Below are positions 14,963-28,200 of a stretch of 64,000 bases of DNA, piece by piece. The first letter of the stretch is position 1. Every line of letters begins with the position of its first letter. The stretch lies in the NCBI RefSeq assembly GCF_963676685.1, contig NC_092350.1:75950001-76014000 (forward strand). Direction: 5' to 3'. Under the pieces are notes generated by a model. That model was not told the DNA's origin, searched no databases, and was given only the letters and a program-made list of their open reading frames with translations. Made by a program: the position numbers and the translations under genes. This DNA comes from Mytilus edulis. Lineage: Eukaryota.

Positions 14963-15125
14963 CAGAGGTGGATTTAGGGGTGGGGGGATCCGGGGGCCAC
15001 CCCCCCCCTTTTTGGAAAAAAATTTGGTTGCTTATATAGGGAATCACTGAAGCGTGACTGGAGCGGGCCCCCTCTTAGGTCAGTCAGTGCGCCCCCACTT
15101 ATGAAAATTTCTGGATCCACCACTG
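14963..15125. mobile_element. Short MITE (~163 bp), 5-bp TSD; family also at 17342-17504 and 63872-64000 (truncated by the window)
   Basis: CAGAGGTGGAT ... ATCCACCACTG with TSD TAATA. The copy at 17342-17504 has TSD CAGGA. Shared core tatagggaatcactgaagcgtgactggagcggg. Confidence 0.8.
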
Positions 15126-15749
15126 TAATATTTTGGACATCTTTCTAGTCACAATTATCAGATTATTACAAAACTACAGACGTTTCTGAATATTAATAGT
15201 AACTGTTTTACTGTGCTTGAGGGCTATTTCATTTAAATGAATTAAGGAGCATTAGAAGAAAATTACAAATTTTTGACATGGTTGTTGGGTCTTTCATGCC
15301 AATAAGCTTTTATATAAAAATGAGATGTGGTTTTTAAAAATCAGGAGATGTTGTTTTATTGCCAGTAAGACAGCTATACACTAAAGTTCAAATGAAGGTG
15401 ATGTAAGTAATTATAGGCAACCGTACTGCATTCAACAGTGAACAAAAATCCATAATGGTATATGGTCAGCCATTACAGACCTGGCATGAAAATACGAAAC
15501 AATTTAATTCAGAACTCTAAACACTGATGTAACAAATCGCCTTTCCTTCCTCACACATCCAATTAAATGGACCAACACTGACTCATAACTGGCTTCACTT
15601 TCATCAAGTTCCAATAAGACCAAAGGTTTTGAAAGCTTAGTGCATTACATGTACATGCTTGTGAGCTGCAAATCAATCGCTGCCAACTAAAACATCATCA
15701 TTTCGACTTTATCTTAGGTCTTGGATATAACTTGTCTTCTACAATGGTT

Positions 15750-16765
15750 TTAACAAGGTGAATATAGATCCGTCCGGTTGTAATTTTGACGACGGATCAT
15801 TTTGTTATAGACCTTGTAGTTTGTCAAAAATTTGCATGCTTCAAAAACTCTGCATAGGAAGTCATCATCACAATCACTTAGGCAATTTGATAAACTTAGT
15901 TTTCGTAGATCGGGACACAAATCGACTAAAATCAAAACTGCTTCCTTTGTGATATGTGTACAATATCGCAATATAAGTTCCTTCAAGTGAGAATGTGACC
16001 TGGAAATAAGAATGTTACCATTAGTCAGTTGAGAGCTTTCTTTAATATTTGCATGCGAAATACCATTACAAAACGAAAGAATTAAGCTGTTTAAGTTCGG
16101 ACATGAATTTATGAGAAAATAGACGCCACTGAAGGTACTAATATTAGAACAATTACTGAAATCAATTTCTCGTAGAGAATGACAGTGTTCACCAATCGCA
16201 AACAAAGATTCGTCCCGTAGTTCAGTACACGAGCTAGTTTCGTTAATTCCGGTTGTTTTCGTAGAAGTGAAATTAACTCATCATCGAGCGTGCGTGTTCC
16301 GTAGAAATATCCTATATCTAGCTCAGTAAGATTAAGTCGTTTTAATTTTTCTAAACAATGTTCCATATTGATTCGAGTGTCGGATATGAATTTAATTTTT
16401 TCTAGATTTGGGCATCGTTGAATTATTTTATCAAAGAAAACTTCCGATACTACAAGGTTGTCGGAAACATCGAGTGACTTGAGATTTACGAACTGCAGTT
16501 TCCTCTGAAAGCCGAAAAACTCGATGATATGACCAGGAGTAATGGTTAAGCTTTTCACAAAATTTTGTATTCTGCGCACATGCTCGAACGGTTGGGAATA
16601 ATCTCCATAGATTTCCGTATAATCAACGTGTTTCCAGAGACACGATGTAAATGCAAGCTGTTTCCATAGGTCGCATACTTGGTCAATGTTTGTGAATAGA
16701 TCACTCTGGGGTACGTACGATTATATATGAAGAAGTTACTCACTTGGTATGTCGTTGATGTTCAT
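15750..16765 (-). pseudogene. Intronless F-box/leucine-rich-repeat (FBXL-like) pseudogene
   Basis: Reads from ATG 16765: MNINDIPSE*LLHI*SYVPQSDLFTNIDQVCDLWKQLAFTSCLWKHVD (F-box with TAA at codons 10 and 15). Cys-containing LRRs follow (CPNLEKI, LREIDFSNCSNIS, CPNLNSLILSFC, LKELILRYCTHIT), with a frameshift near 16230 joining ORF-track frames 16109-16579 and 15750-16205. Confidence 0.85.
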
Positions 16766-17587
16766 ATCTGGAATTACGCTGTTGTAACTGACTTTACGAA
16801 GTGTGGTTTGAAACAAAAGTAAAACGTATCAAAATAATGACTTCGTTAAATTTCAATTTCATCAACAAAGTTCAAAATAACATCTTATTTTAGATTTCTG
16901 TAGAAAATCGATCGCCGTATTAATATATACTTATAATTGTTCATGATACAATATGTATATCCTTGTTCTCTCTACTTTTACCATAATTTTCAATGAAGTC
17001 CAATAATCATTCTGAAAAAGACAAAAAAAACAACAGTACAATAGCTGAATAAGATAATATAAATATATTTGAATACAAGTTGTATACCAATTTAGTGGCG
17101 ACTGGCGTAACGTATATTTAGCGAAGCGACCAAAATTTGTAATGATTTTTACTTAAACAAAGTAAAAGTAAATTGTAAATAAAACATGTTTGACATAAAT
17201 TAAGAAGATACTACAATATAAACTACATGCGATATACTATATTGTTTATTGCTGTTGTTTTTCTCACTTTTAGCGAGGAAGGATGGAAATACTTTAATCG
17301 AATTATGTCAGGCATCGACGGAGTATTAGGTTGGGTCAGGATATAGGCGGTTCCAAGGGAGGGAGGGGGTGGTCAGGCGCGCCCACCATTTCGTAGGAAA
17401 AGTTTGCTTGCTTATACTTATATAGGGCATCACTGAAGCATGACTGGAGTGGGCCACCTTAGGTTACTCAGCGGGCCCCCTTATGAAAAGTGGATCTGCC
17501 ACTGCAGGATGCCGGACTCATATGCCACCGACGCCTATACCGCCGACGACGACAATGGCTTGGTAACATTATGCGAAATCTATACAT

Positions 17588-17812
17588 TATACGTTATTTT
17601 CGTTGACTAGTTCTAAGCTCACCTTTCTCATGTTTCTCGTATAAGTTATTTTCATTGACTAGTTCTAAGCTTACCTTTCTCATGTTTCGCGTATACGTTT
17701 TTTTCGTTGACTAGTTCTAAGCTCACCTTTCTCATGTTTCTCGTATAAGTTATTTTCATTGACTAGTTCTAAGCTTACCTTTCTCATGTTTCTAGTATAA
17801 GTTATTTTCGTT
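17588..17812. repeat. 52-bp minisatellite (~4 units); mirror at 46750-47125 has ~7 units
   Basis: Unit gttattttcgttgactagttctaagcttacctttctcatgtttctcgtata(a/c), period 52. It marks the outer duplication boundary. Confidence 0.9.
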
Positions 17813-18193
17813 CACCTTTGTGAGTCTCTTTCTATCGAAGTTGACTTCGTTCGTCCGGGAAATCAGTTTTCCACACTTTTTTCTTCATGTTTAAAACATT
17901 GGTTTAATATTTGCTACATTGTTTTATTAGGACAGGTTACAAATCAAGTTCGAATTTTGTTCCGTTCTGATGATTTTGTGCAGCGTTATGGTCCTTGGAC
18001 TTAGAAAATTCCCTTAACTAATCAGTTTTTTACAATTTATTCGTCATGCTTGGAGGAATTTATAATTGGTATACAGAATGTTTGTTGAATATGATATTTC
18101 GTTTTTCGTCGACTTAATCTACGCTTACCTTTATCGTATATTCTATTTTCGTTGACCAAATCTTTGCTAACCTTTATGTTATTTTCATTGTAG

Positions 18194-18358
18194 GCAAACA
18201 GAGCAGCAAACGACGGCGATTATGCCTTCGCAGAAACAAAAGCTAGAAATGCCAGAAATTTTGTCATTGCTGCGTTTGTGACGGGAATAATTGTTTACGT
18301 CATAGTTATTGTGGTACGAGTGGTTTTGTATTCGTCATACTACAGCAGCGGCTACTAA
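18194..18358 (+). pseudogene. Orphan duplicated last exon of the CD225/dispanin gene
   Basis: tttcattgtag|[54 protein letters not shown]. It differs from 46205-46369 at one codon (GCG>TTG, A>L). No upstream exons 1-3 are present on this side. Confidence 0.85.
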
Positions 18359-19129
18359 TGACGTTATATTCGATCTTCAATATCAAAGTTCTAAAGTGCC
18401 ACGTGTTATTTTGTTAATAGACAATTATGTCTTCACAAGAAACATGCCATTACAGTCACCAAGTATATATTTCTTGAACAACTGTAATTATAGTTGCAGA
18501 TACATGTACCAGTACTAAAGCGTTTACTATAATCTGGTTTTTTACAACTTTTTTTAAAAGAGCATCTCGTACTGCAAGAAAAACATTATATAGGCATTAT
18601 AATCAGTTCAAATGTGATCTATAATAATTTATACTGTTGAAATGCATACATAAATACACTTCGCTTAAATTCCACTGAAAGTTAAATATCTAGGTAATTA
18701 TAAAGGTAAAATGTTAGTATTTGTGGTTGTTAATTTTTGCCTCTTGTTTCAAAACTTTATGTTGTCCATCAATATTTAAAGATGTCTCCTTTTTGTCAGG
18801 TTTTGTTTGAATTTCTTCACACCTGTTCTTTTGAAAAAGTTTATACATTTTACAAAACATGTTTATATTATTAAAGGTGATCTGTGATACTAGTAGCTAC
18901 TTGTTTATTATAAATTTTATTCAATATAAAAAGATTTTCAATGTTACCCGAAACAGTTAACTATATATTTACTGCAGATATCAATGGTACCATATATTCT
19001 TATTTTTATAGTGTTTTGTATGTTATTCAGATTGTCGTAGATTTTTTAGTTATTTTTGATAGGTGATTATTTTGAAGACCCAAAAATAATTATCGTTGGT
19101 TTTGCATCTATTCATTTAATATTTTTTAA

Positions 19130-19813
19130 AGGGGCACTAGCTACGAGATATATAAAAAACCAAAAGTATGATTTTTTTGTTCAATCATTAATGAAAGTGA
19201 AAAAGTGAAATAATAATTAGCTTTTATCAGCTAAAATGGTTCAATTTTGTAAAATTAACCTAATAAACATTGATAATGACTTATTCACTTGCAAGTGAAT
19301 AATTCGACCTTATTCAACCCGTATTCATGTGAACTCCAATTTAACCCCGTAGAAAGAGATAGAAAAACGCATGCAATGTCCGTGTACGGTTATTAAAAGG
19401 AAAAAATGTAAACATTGAAAGTGAAACAAAGGTAAATAATTTGATTAATTGATTCGATCCACAAAAAGTCATTCTTATAAAGCTAAAAACGACGGTAAAC
19501 ATAGTTTTTGAATCTATAATACAATATAATAGACTTTTAAAAATTCAATTGCACGTGTGGATTAATCTATTCATATCTATGTTTTTTTATGTTTACATCG
19601 TTTATATGGTCATATAAGGTCAACTCGATAGTTAATTAGATGGCGTCTTGGCTAAAATTCTCACGAAACGAAGCTACATCTTTTTGAGACCATGTCCTGT
19701 ACATTGTTTATTTTATACTTTTGATAGTTTGGAAACATATTTTACATTGTTATAAATAAAACATGTGGACTTGAGACAAATCGGTGATCATGAATTTGGC
19801 AGCTAGTGCCCCT
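19130..19813. mobile_element. Kolobok-like MITE, 684 bp, TTAA TSD (mirror copy 44750-45433)
   Basis: TTAA|AGGGGCACTAGCT ... AGCTAGTGCCCCT|TTAA. Confidence 0.85.
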
Positions 19814-21599
19814 TTAAGAATGTTTTAAACTTTTATTTAACCTTTTAGTCATGGATTCAAGTGAGCTGTGTGATAAGCATTTGTTTATTTTTCATAGAAT
19901 TTATTTGTTTTCGTATCTACAAAGCAATATGACGTTACAATTTCATTGAAGGACAATTAAGGAATGACAACGCTTCGACAAATTCGAGACAACCCATGAG
20001 TGTATGAAAGACAATGATACTAAATTCATTATATAATATAATAGCTTCTAATCGGGTGAACGGAAAGGAATTAGTCCGAAGTTTCGATCGTTGAAATTAA
20101 AGTATGGAAATATATATTTTTCAGTTTATGTATAATTTCAAAATTTGTTTTTGGAAATGTTCTGTCTAGGGTAAAACTTGCAAGCGGGCCTGCTTCGTCT
20201 TAAATGGAAATCTATACATTGTAATTGTTTCACCAAGACTTTATATAGAGTTATGAATATTTTTATAATATAACTTTTAAAACAATGTTGATATCGTTAC
20301 TGTCTCTTTAAATAAAAGTATCTTCTTTATTCTATTATTTTTCAATTAAAATTAATGACTTCTACATTGTAGTGCATGTTGTTATTCACCTCGTCGGAAC
20401 CAAATACATTCTGGGTAAATTTTTTGAAATGCTATATCAAAACATGTTGATTGGTCATAGAAACCAATTAACAATTACAGCATGCCATATGCGCACTTCG
20501 ACTATACTGGACTCTTCGTTGTGCTTAAGTAAAAACTATCAGAAAGCAAAGATCAATAACTGCCACGGATAGACGAGTGCTGGCTTAGAAGGAGTCTGTA
20601 CTTATGAAATAATGACTAATAAAACATGTAAAAGCAACATTAGTATACTGCTGTTCGAAAGTCACAATTCGATTGAGACAAAAACAACTCCGGGTTATGT
20701 TGTCATACAATAATGCTGCCTAATATCATACTGATCACTACAGTACGGCAGATCGGTGAACAAATTGTGGGTTTGATGATAAAAGCACAAAATTTGGAAT
20801 GGTAGTAGTTTTGGGTGTTTAAAAAAATATTAGCTATGGACCCACCTTTCAAAATGACCGCCGTAAAATATCAAAATCAATAGATCTTTACAAGATCAAA
20901 ATCAGTGCCAAATTTGTCATGATAGTAGTGCGAGGTATTTCAAAAACATAATCCATGGACCAACTTTGAAATTTCAGTATAGCTGCTTTTAATCCAAGAT
21001 GGCCGTCTCAAAATATCAAAACCAGCAAATTTCACTTAATAATAATGTACAAGTTCTAATTTTGAATGTTAGACGGACTGGATGCTTCGAACAATATAAC
21101 TTATGTTGAAATATCAAAATCAACAAATATCCATTATATATGGTTACAAAAGTGTTTTGTTTTGACGTACCTTCAGTAGAATCAAGTGACTTTGATACCA
21201 AGTGCATGCTTCATTTTTATACTAAAGCCAAACATCAAATGATTTGTGAAGACAATTCAGAAAAACTACGGTACCATAGTTGCATACGGTACCATACTTA
21301 ATGTAGTCTACAACGAGGGATCACGTTTGGATACTGGCGTTATTCTAACATTTAAGCTAGAATAAACTAGAATGAAACAGTTTTCTTTATGATCAGGTGG
21401 AACAGGACATAGTAATGAGCAGTAATCTGAGGCTTGCCATGCAATTAACAAGGCAGTTGCTTACTTCTTCTGTTCAATGGTTATATTTGTGTTGCAATTA
21501 AACAGGCAACCGCAACAATCTGCTCGTACGACATCGATACGTGAAAAAGCTACACATAAAAGTAGTTCACAAAGACAAGATGTAAGCAAAACTCTTGTC

Positions 21600-22120
21600 C
21601 ACAGTAATCAAAAACATTAGTTGATTATCGTTTGGCCAAATATTCAGATGCAGTCGTATTATTCCATTGAGGCAAATACGACGCTATCCATTTCAAAGTT
21701 ACTTCTGTTTTATTTGTCTTTAATATTACATTCAACTCAACTAGAACCATCTATAAATGTATAATATGGCCCGTCTACCAGATGCTAGGACCAGTAAAGG
21801 ATGTACTAAATGACAAAATGTACAGTTTACATAAGTCGTTTGTGTATGATCCAATTATCCATTTATCAACAGTACTAAAAGATTCAATCTATGAAACATT
21901 CAGTATTGAATATGGGGATGCTTCCGCGAATATTAGTGCTTTTACAACAGTAGCCGTGGACAATATTGACAACAACAGGAGTTCAACTACGGCTAACGAA
22001 TCGTCACATATACTCCAATACATTACAAGCCAACACAACTTTTCGTATTATTGCTATAACTTAGTAACTAATATTATTAGTATAGAACAAGATATATATC
22101 CTAGCACTAACCAAATATAA
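21600..22120 (+). mobile_element. Degenerate relic of a large DNA-transposon-like ORF (mirror ~42400-42930)
   Basis: DKMYSLHKSFVYDPIIHLST...FTT(V/A)AVDNIDNNRSSTTANESSH resembles the recalled 'FTTAAVDNIDHNPSSTTAK.SFHG' motif of repetitive marine-invertebrate transposon-like proteins. The frame is broken upstream and downstream. Confidence 0.5.
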
Positions 22121-22703
22121 CCATGCGTTTCATACTTACATCGAGTAATAACCATATTATGGACATGCACTCTGTCAACTGTCTAACCAGAAATACCAAG
22201 TATAATTAGTATCTGGACATCATTCTACGCATATAATCGTGAAAACGCTGTTATTAAAAGGTACCTCAACTGTTTTATAATAGCGCAAGTTTAAACTTAG
22301 TTGATTTACTTGATTAACTGACGTAACAAATGTGTAGGACAATAGTCCAATGTTAGTAAGAAATGAATATGCTTAGATCCTGTAAATTATTTTCAACAAA
22401 AGATTGTGCATTATGATCAGTCAATAATCAGACGGAAAACAAAATAACGGCGGATCGCAAAAATGAAACCTCGCATTGATGCCGAGGTCGTTGAATCACA
22501 ATGATAACAATTACATGCACCCATTTCTAACTTAACAGTAACTAAATTAGTTCATGATCAAGGACAGTACCTTGAAAGAGCTATAAAGTAGAAATAAGTA
22601 AGAAAAACGTATATACTGTTTTTTTTTATTTTTATTTTTATTTTCTGGAACATTTCTACATAATGTTAACTTCAGAGTTCGACATGTTTTCCTCTTCCTT
22701 GAT

Positions 22704-25700
22704 CTAATTTCCCTTATAATATGTTGAATCGACTTGTTTTCTCCAAGTATTTGTTGGACATTTTGTATATGAACATTCTATGTTGTTCCAAGTAACTCTG
22801 TAATATATTAAACGAAATTGTAAATAAGTATACAAATAAAGTAAATAGAGTTCAAACTTAACGTACGAATATATATATAGCTATCTGCACTATCCTTAAT
22901 TCTGATATGTTCACATTCTGTGCCATACTTGAAGTACCTGATATTACTTTGTTTTCTGTGTTTGTTTAATGACATGTTTGGGGAAAGATACTCTTTATAT
23001 ATAAAGTAATACACAGACGAGTTACTTGAAAGGGTGCCGTTTTGATACGTGTGGGTTGCAATTTTGCCAAGTTAAAATATCAATGGGTAATTAACTATTA
23101 TCTTTCGAATATATATTTTTTGTTTACTTGCTGTTTAATCATAAAAGTTTTAAATACAAATTTAGATGTAAAAAATTGAATATGTAATAACTGAGAAATA
23201 TATGAATGGATCATGATTGTGACAATATATTTTTGAATATGTATTAACTGGTTTAAACTGGACGTTAAGCAAGAAACAATCAATCAATCAGTATTACAAC
23301 ACAATATTTGTTCAAATGAAGCAATATGCAACGTTTAAAATATGTAAGTATGTCTGCACATATATGTATATATTTATACTGATAACCAACAAAATTTCAA
23401 GGGCAAGTTATGATCACGTCTTCAGCGAGTAGAAGCAGTACCACGAGTAAATTAAACTTGGATCTTCCCGAAGTTTGTACTAGATAAAGGCAATTGTAGT
23501 ATACCGCTGTTCAATGGTCATAAATCGATTTAACTGAAACAAATCCGGGTCACAAACCAAAACTGAGGGAAACACGTCAACTATAAGAGGAAACAAAACT
23601 GTACACAAAATTTATATAGAGCTATCTGCATTATGTACACATTCAGTGCCATACTTGAAATATCATAGTTAAATCATTTGCTTCAGACTAAGCGGAAATA
23701 ATCAGTTAATTGGAATAGTTCTTTGCCAATTTTTTATCATTCAATATGAATCTAGTTCAATTATAAAACATACGTAAAGATAAAAGTATACAAACCCGCC
23801 ATCTTCACTGTTAAAACCAACGATAACCTTCCCTTTATTAACTCTATACGACCGCCCGTTTGATGTCGCGTCGTCCACTTGTACATCACAATCTCTGTAT
23901 GTGTACTCTATGTCTGCAAAAAAATATTACTTATAACAGCTCAAATATTTATTTGTTCATGTAAACATAACAAGAGCTGAAGATATTTTTTTAGCATATT
24001 TGAACTGTTAATTTAATACAAGAGCTGTTTGTGTATTTTTGAAAATATTACAATCATTACGTTCTCTGTGATGAAACTATTATGAATAACACTAATGTTC
24101 AAATTAGTGCAACTTCTCAGCACTGAAAATGTAAAAGATTTGCGTAATTTGTGTAAATTCTTGTTTAATGCACTTAATCATAGGACCAAACTGTTATTGG
24201 TCAATACTTGATATTTATTTGCTTCTCTGATGTATTATGTCATGTTGTGTTATAGAAATGTATTTGTATTTATTGCACTAATAAGCATAATGTGCTTAAA
24301 GTAATAAAGAATTGAATTGAACACTATACATGATGATACCAAAACATTTTCAGAGGGCCAAAATGGAACTAATTTAGCCACAGAAAAGCTTATCTCAGTT
24401 TTTCTTAAGACAGCAAATAAATCATCCCGAATGGTGAGAAAAAAGAAATACAAAAAGAAAACTGGTTAGATAAAAGAAGTCCGACAAAACGTAAACTGTT
24501 AGAAAAGCTGTTAAAAATGGAGTCTTATTAAGAATTAATTTATGATAAACTCTCAGACTCATCATTAAATAGTCCTTCTGCATTTTACTAAACTCCGTAT
24601 AAGTGATCATGGTCTTGAATTAAAAACTGGTCGGTGCACTAAAATTCTTTGAGAATAAAGACTATGTAAAAATCGAAGATGAATTTCAATTATTCTTAAA
24701 TGCAAAGTAAATACAAATATCAGACAAAACCTATATAATGATATACAATTAGAAGTTGAACATTTCATTCATGAAGACAAATTATTTTATATATTAAACC
24801 CAGATAGATTTATTGGCTTTATAAAAAAGGTCATTATAACTGGGGGGGGGGGGGGGGGGGGGGGGCAGTTGTCTGAAGTAACATGGCTATCTTAAAGAAA
24901 TGACCGTCACGAAATATTCAAATGTGTAGAAAGTATCATTAAGCACAAATCAACCAATCAGTCAAGAAGACATTTGATTATGTTAATTATTCCTGTGCTT
25001 CGTAAAATAATAATAATCCTATGATTTAAGAATTAAATGCTTTTTGTTATCCTATTCTGGTGTAATAGCATTGCTCATAGCCCATTTTATAAATTGGCGG
25101 TACATATCCAACTCTTTTAGAACTTGATAGAATTACAATTCATTCCATTACACCAATATCACATACATGTCATACGTTATACTGTCTACAACAATGACAT
25201 GTTTTTAGTATTACTTACTTTTGTCCTCACAACATCGAACGTTTTGACCAAATCCTTCTAAATATTCCCATCCACTTATATAGCCATATCCAGGACATTT
25301 GAAAGAGTTTTTCAAATTATAAACTACCGGAAAAAAAAGAAGATAGATTGATTAAATCGATACAGAATTGTTTTTTGCATATAAACATTGGCAGGACATA
25401 TGCTTTTTCAAATAGGATTTGTGTTCAGTCCGTAAAACTCATTTTTTTTCAATTATGCGGTTGTTCTTATATGTTTCTTACTGATTATCACAGTGAACTG
25501 ACACGTTTAAATCCGGATTAGTGTATCGGTCTAATACAAAGCATATTCATTTTGCATTAAAATGCTCTCCTTCTGCCTAATTATGCATTTTATAAACTCT
25601 TCATAAATACTAAGATTAAAAGTGTGTATACCGTTTATCAGCTTGGTATATACTATGTAAATGATAAATTAGCTAGTTTGATTTTCACTTCTACGAAACT

Positions 25701-26092
25701 TCAACTGTTGAAAGTTTTTTTTTTTACCTTAATAGTGAAGATATCGTTTAACATGTTTAAGTACCTTACCTTAATAGTGAGAATATCGTTTAAGTACCTT
25801 ACCTTAATAGTGAAGATATCGTTTGAGTACCTTACCTTAATAGTGAGGATATCGTTTAAGTACTTTACATATACTTACATAGAGTTTGGCACACTACGTT
25901 TTTTCCTGGTCCCGGTTTACACGTAAATGGAAACGGATCAGGGAATAGCTTATCAATGGAATCTCCGTCACGACAATACTGCCTATATGTTATTGGTCTC
26001 GATTTCTTTTTATCATTTTGGTAGCTACCAAGGACAGTGGAAGCAATAACGAGTAATATCAAACCTGTAAGTTGTAAACAAAAATATAACAT
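22704..26092 (-). CDS. Secreted Cys-rich, divergent dermatopontin/HAAF-like protein, copy A; exons 26092-25879, 25323-25219, 23913-23796, 22797-22704; 176 aa
   Basis: GT-AG exons of 214+105+118+94 nt with compatible phases 1/1/2, a signal peptide and an upstream TATAAAA. The protein is identical to copy B (one synonymous GGG/GGA difference seen). Confidence 0.75.
24095..24319 (+). mobile_element. LINE 3'-end fragment present only in the left arm
   Basis: MFKLVQLLSTENVKDLRNLCKFLFNAL, then AATAAA and a GAATT tail. Bounded by AACACTA at 24088-24094 and 24320-24326; the right arm has a single AACACTA. Confidence 0.55.
24560..24830 (+). mobile_element. Degenerate LINE ORF2 C-terminal zinc-knuckle relic (mirror ~39920-40190)
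   Basis: FTKLRISDHGLELKTGRCTK..*E*RLCK..IEDEFQLFL matches the RISxHxLxIExGR...RxC...IEDExHF motif, with stops and a frameshift. Confidence 0.65.
25725..25865. repeat. 33-bp tandem repeat (~4 units) in intron 1 of the secreted-protein gene (mirror 38880-39022)
   Basis: Unit taccttaatagtgaagatatcgtttaagtacct. Confidence 0.85.
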
Positions 26093-28200
26093 TTTTTCAC
26101 CAATATTAATACAAAGCATGGACACAATATTTTTATATTTTTACAGTTTTTACGTTACAGCTAAAGTTAATTGATCGATATTATATCATTTTAATGTTTG
26201 CATTTCTACTATCTAATGAACCTTGATCAAAATAATATCATGTAAATTTCTGCATTTCTGCTAACTAATCAACACTATAGATGTCAATTTTTTCTGATAT
26301 GTGGTATTCTAAAGACTCGAAAATGTCAGCCACATATCAAGTATACATATCAAAATGGTAACTTTTTATACTGACAAACTATTTTTGTTGGATGCTACAC
26401 TGCTTTCTGTAGGCAATCTGCATTCCTATGGTTAAACCAAAAGGTAAAATCACAAAAATACTGAACTCCGAGGAAAATTCAAAACGGAAAGTCCCTAATC
26501 ACCCAAATGCATGATTCGAAAACAAACTGATAAAGACATGCCATGGCAAAAAAAAATATACTGAAAAGCGTAGAAAACTAAAGTCGAGCAACCGGATCCA
26601 AACTAATAACCGGAACGATCACAAGTGCTCCGGAAGGCTAAACAGTTCCTGCTCCATATAGAACGACCCACGTGTTACTTCTATGAAACGCGGTAAATTA
26701 TACCAAGAGATAAGGTATCACACAATAGCGAATTACAGTTCAGTATTGGCTATATAATATTAAATGAAAAACAAAGGAGCATACATAAATTTCTGCAAAT
26801 TATGATTACATTGAGCGTTGCCATTAATTAATCTGTTAATGAAATAAATATAAGAACTTTCTATTTTGATAAATTCAGTTGATGTTCAATGCACATAGAA
26901 GAAGTCTATCAAAACATTGTTTTAATATTTATTGAGTTTTCATGAAAACAAATGTTCCATGGAGTATAAAATTTCTCTCATACAAAATTTTTAACAGAAA
27001 CATAAACCTTATCAGTGGAGTTGACTCGTCTTCGAAATAACACGAACGAGACTTACCTTCGCCATAAAACAAAACAAGATGTGAACGTACAGTGGTATGA
27101 GGATATGTGGTCCTAAGCGATGTCATCGCTGTAAACTTTAAATAAAGTACAAAAAAGCAACTTTCATTTTTGTCTAATACGCAAAGTGATTTAGATTTAT
27201 GATTTGTTTTTCTTAATATTATTACCTTTGTAGCTTAAACAAGCCATTGCAAACTGTAAGTAAGTAAGGTAAGTTTCCGTCCTTGAGTAACAAAGTTGTA
27301 GGTTAAGTTATAATGTACTATGGAAATCACCTTGCTTTATATACTTATTCAATTTAAGAAGTTAAAGCCCGTTAATAATGAAACCAAAATTAACAAGAAG
27401 CTATGTTAAATTAACTGAAACCCACCAGAAAGCAATTGAATGCGTCGGTGAACTAACAATATGCATTTGACAAACTGAAAATCGTTGATCTTGAAATTGG
27501 AATTGAATTCACGCCGAAAGATAGAAAACACATAAGTTAACACACAATATCAAACTATTGTCGACGAACCAGTACACAATAATTAGAAAGACAACACGAG
27601 CCATTAACAGGAAAAACTACTACAAACAAGAATAAAAAGTGTGTTAGTGAGGGTGTATAGAAAACTACTTTCCGTGAGAATGTTTTAAAATGTTTAAAAA
27701 AGAGCAAGGGGTAATAAAAACATAAGCTCAAGAAAATCAAAACGCACTACATTAAACAAAAGTAGACGTATAACATTTAACAAATTAGCCGGATCTGAGA
27801 CTGGAACGGGTTGTGCAGGAGAGGAAAGCAGTTTTTTTTTTATCTTTTGGTCGTTTGTAAAGGATAACTGAAAAAGTCGCATTAATGATTTCATATTTTT
27901 TAATTACTTAACAATTTGCAAGAATGATTGATAACGAAATATTGATATCCATTCAAGTACGTATGAAATCATTTTATAAACAATTCATTTAAAAAATACC
28001 TAGTGCTTTTCTATTACCATCTTTTAACTACCATTAACCTCTCTAAAACTTAATTTGATATTTTTAAAGTTAGTTTTTAAATGTTTTAAGAAACTAAGAT
28101 ACTATCTCCGTTTGACGAAGTTGACCTTACCATACGTCATTTTGCATATGGCCGTTCGGTCAGGGTTTTCCCTGGGTATTGAAGTATTCATAGATGTTGA

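Noticed and set aside
17509-17562. Mini-exon MPDSYATDAYTADDDNGL|gtaaca in phase with the orphan exon
   Set aside because: The ATG overlaps a MITE target-site duplication, the donor is weak and there is no promoter evidence.
17588-17812. CRISPR-like appearance of the 52-, 40- and 33-bp repeats
   Set aside because: The units are contiguous without unique spacers, the context is eukaryotic, and there are no cas genes.
18309-18518. 69-aa ORF and its mirror 46045-46254
   Set aside because: Off-frame overlap with the CD225 last exon and 3' UTR.
25624-25926. ORF with repeated YLTLIVRISF units
   Set aside because: It is translation of an intronic 33-bp minisatellite.
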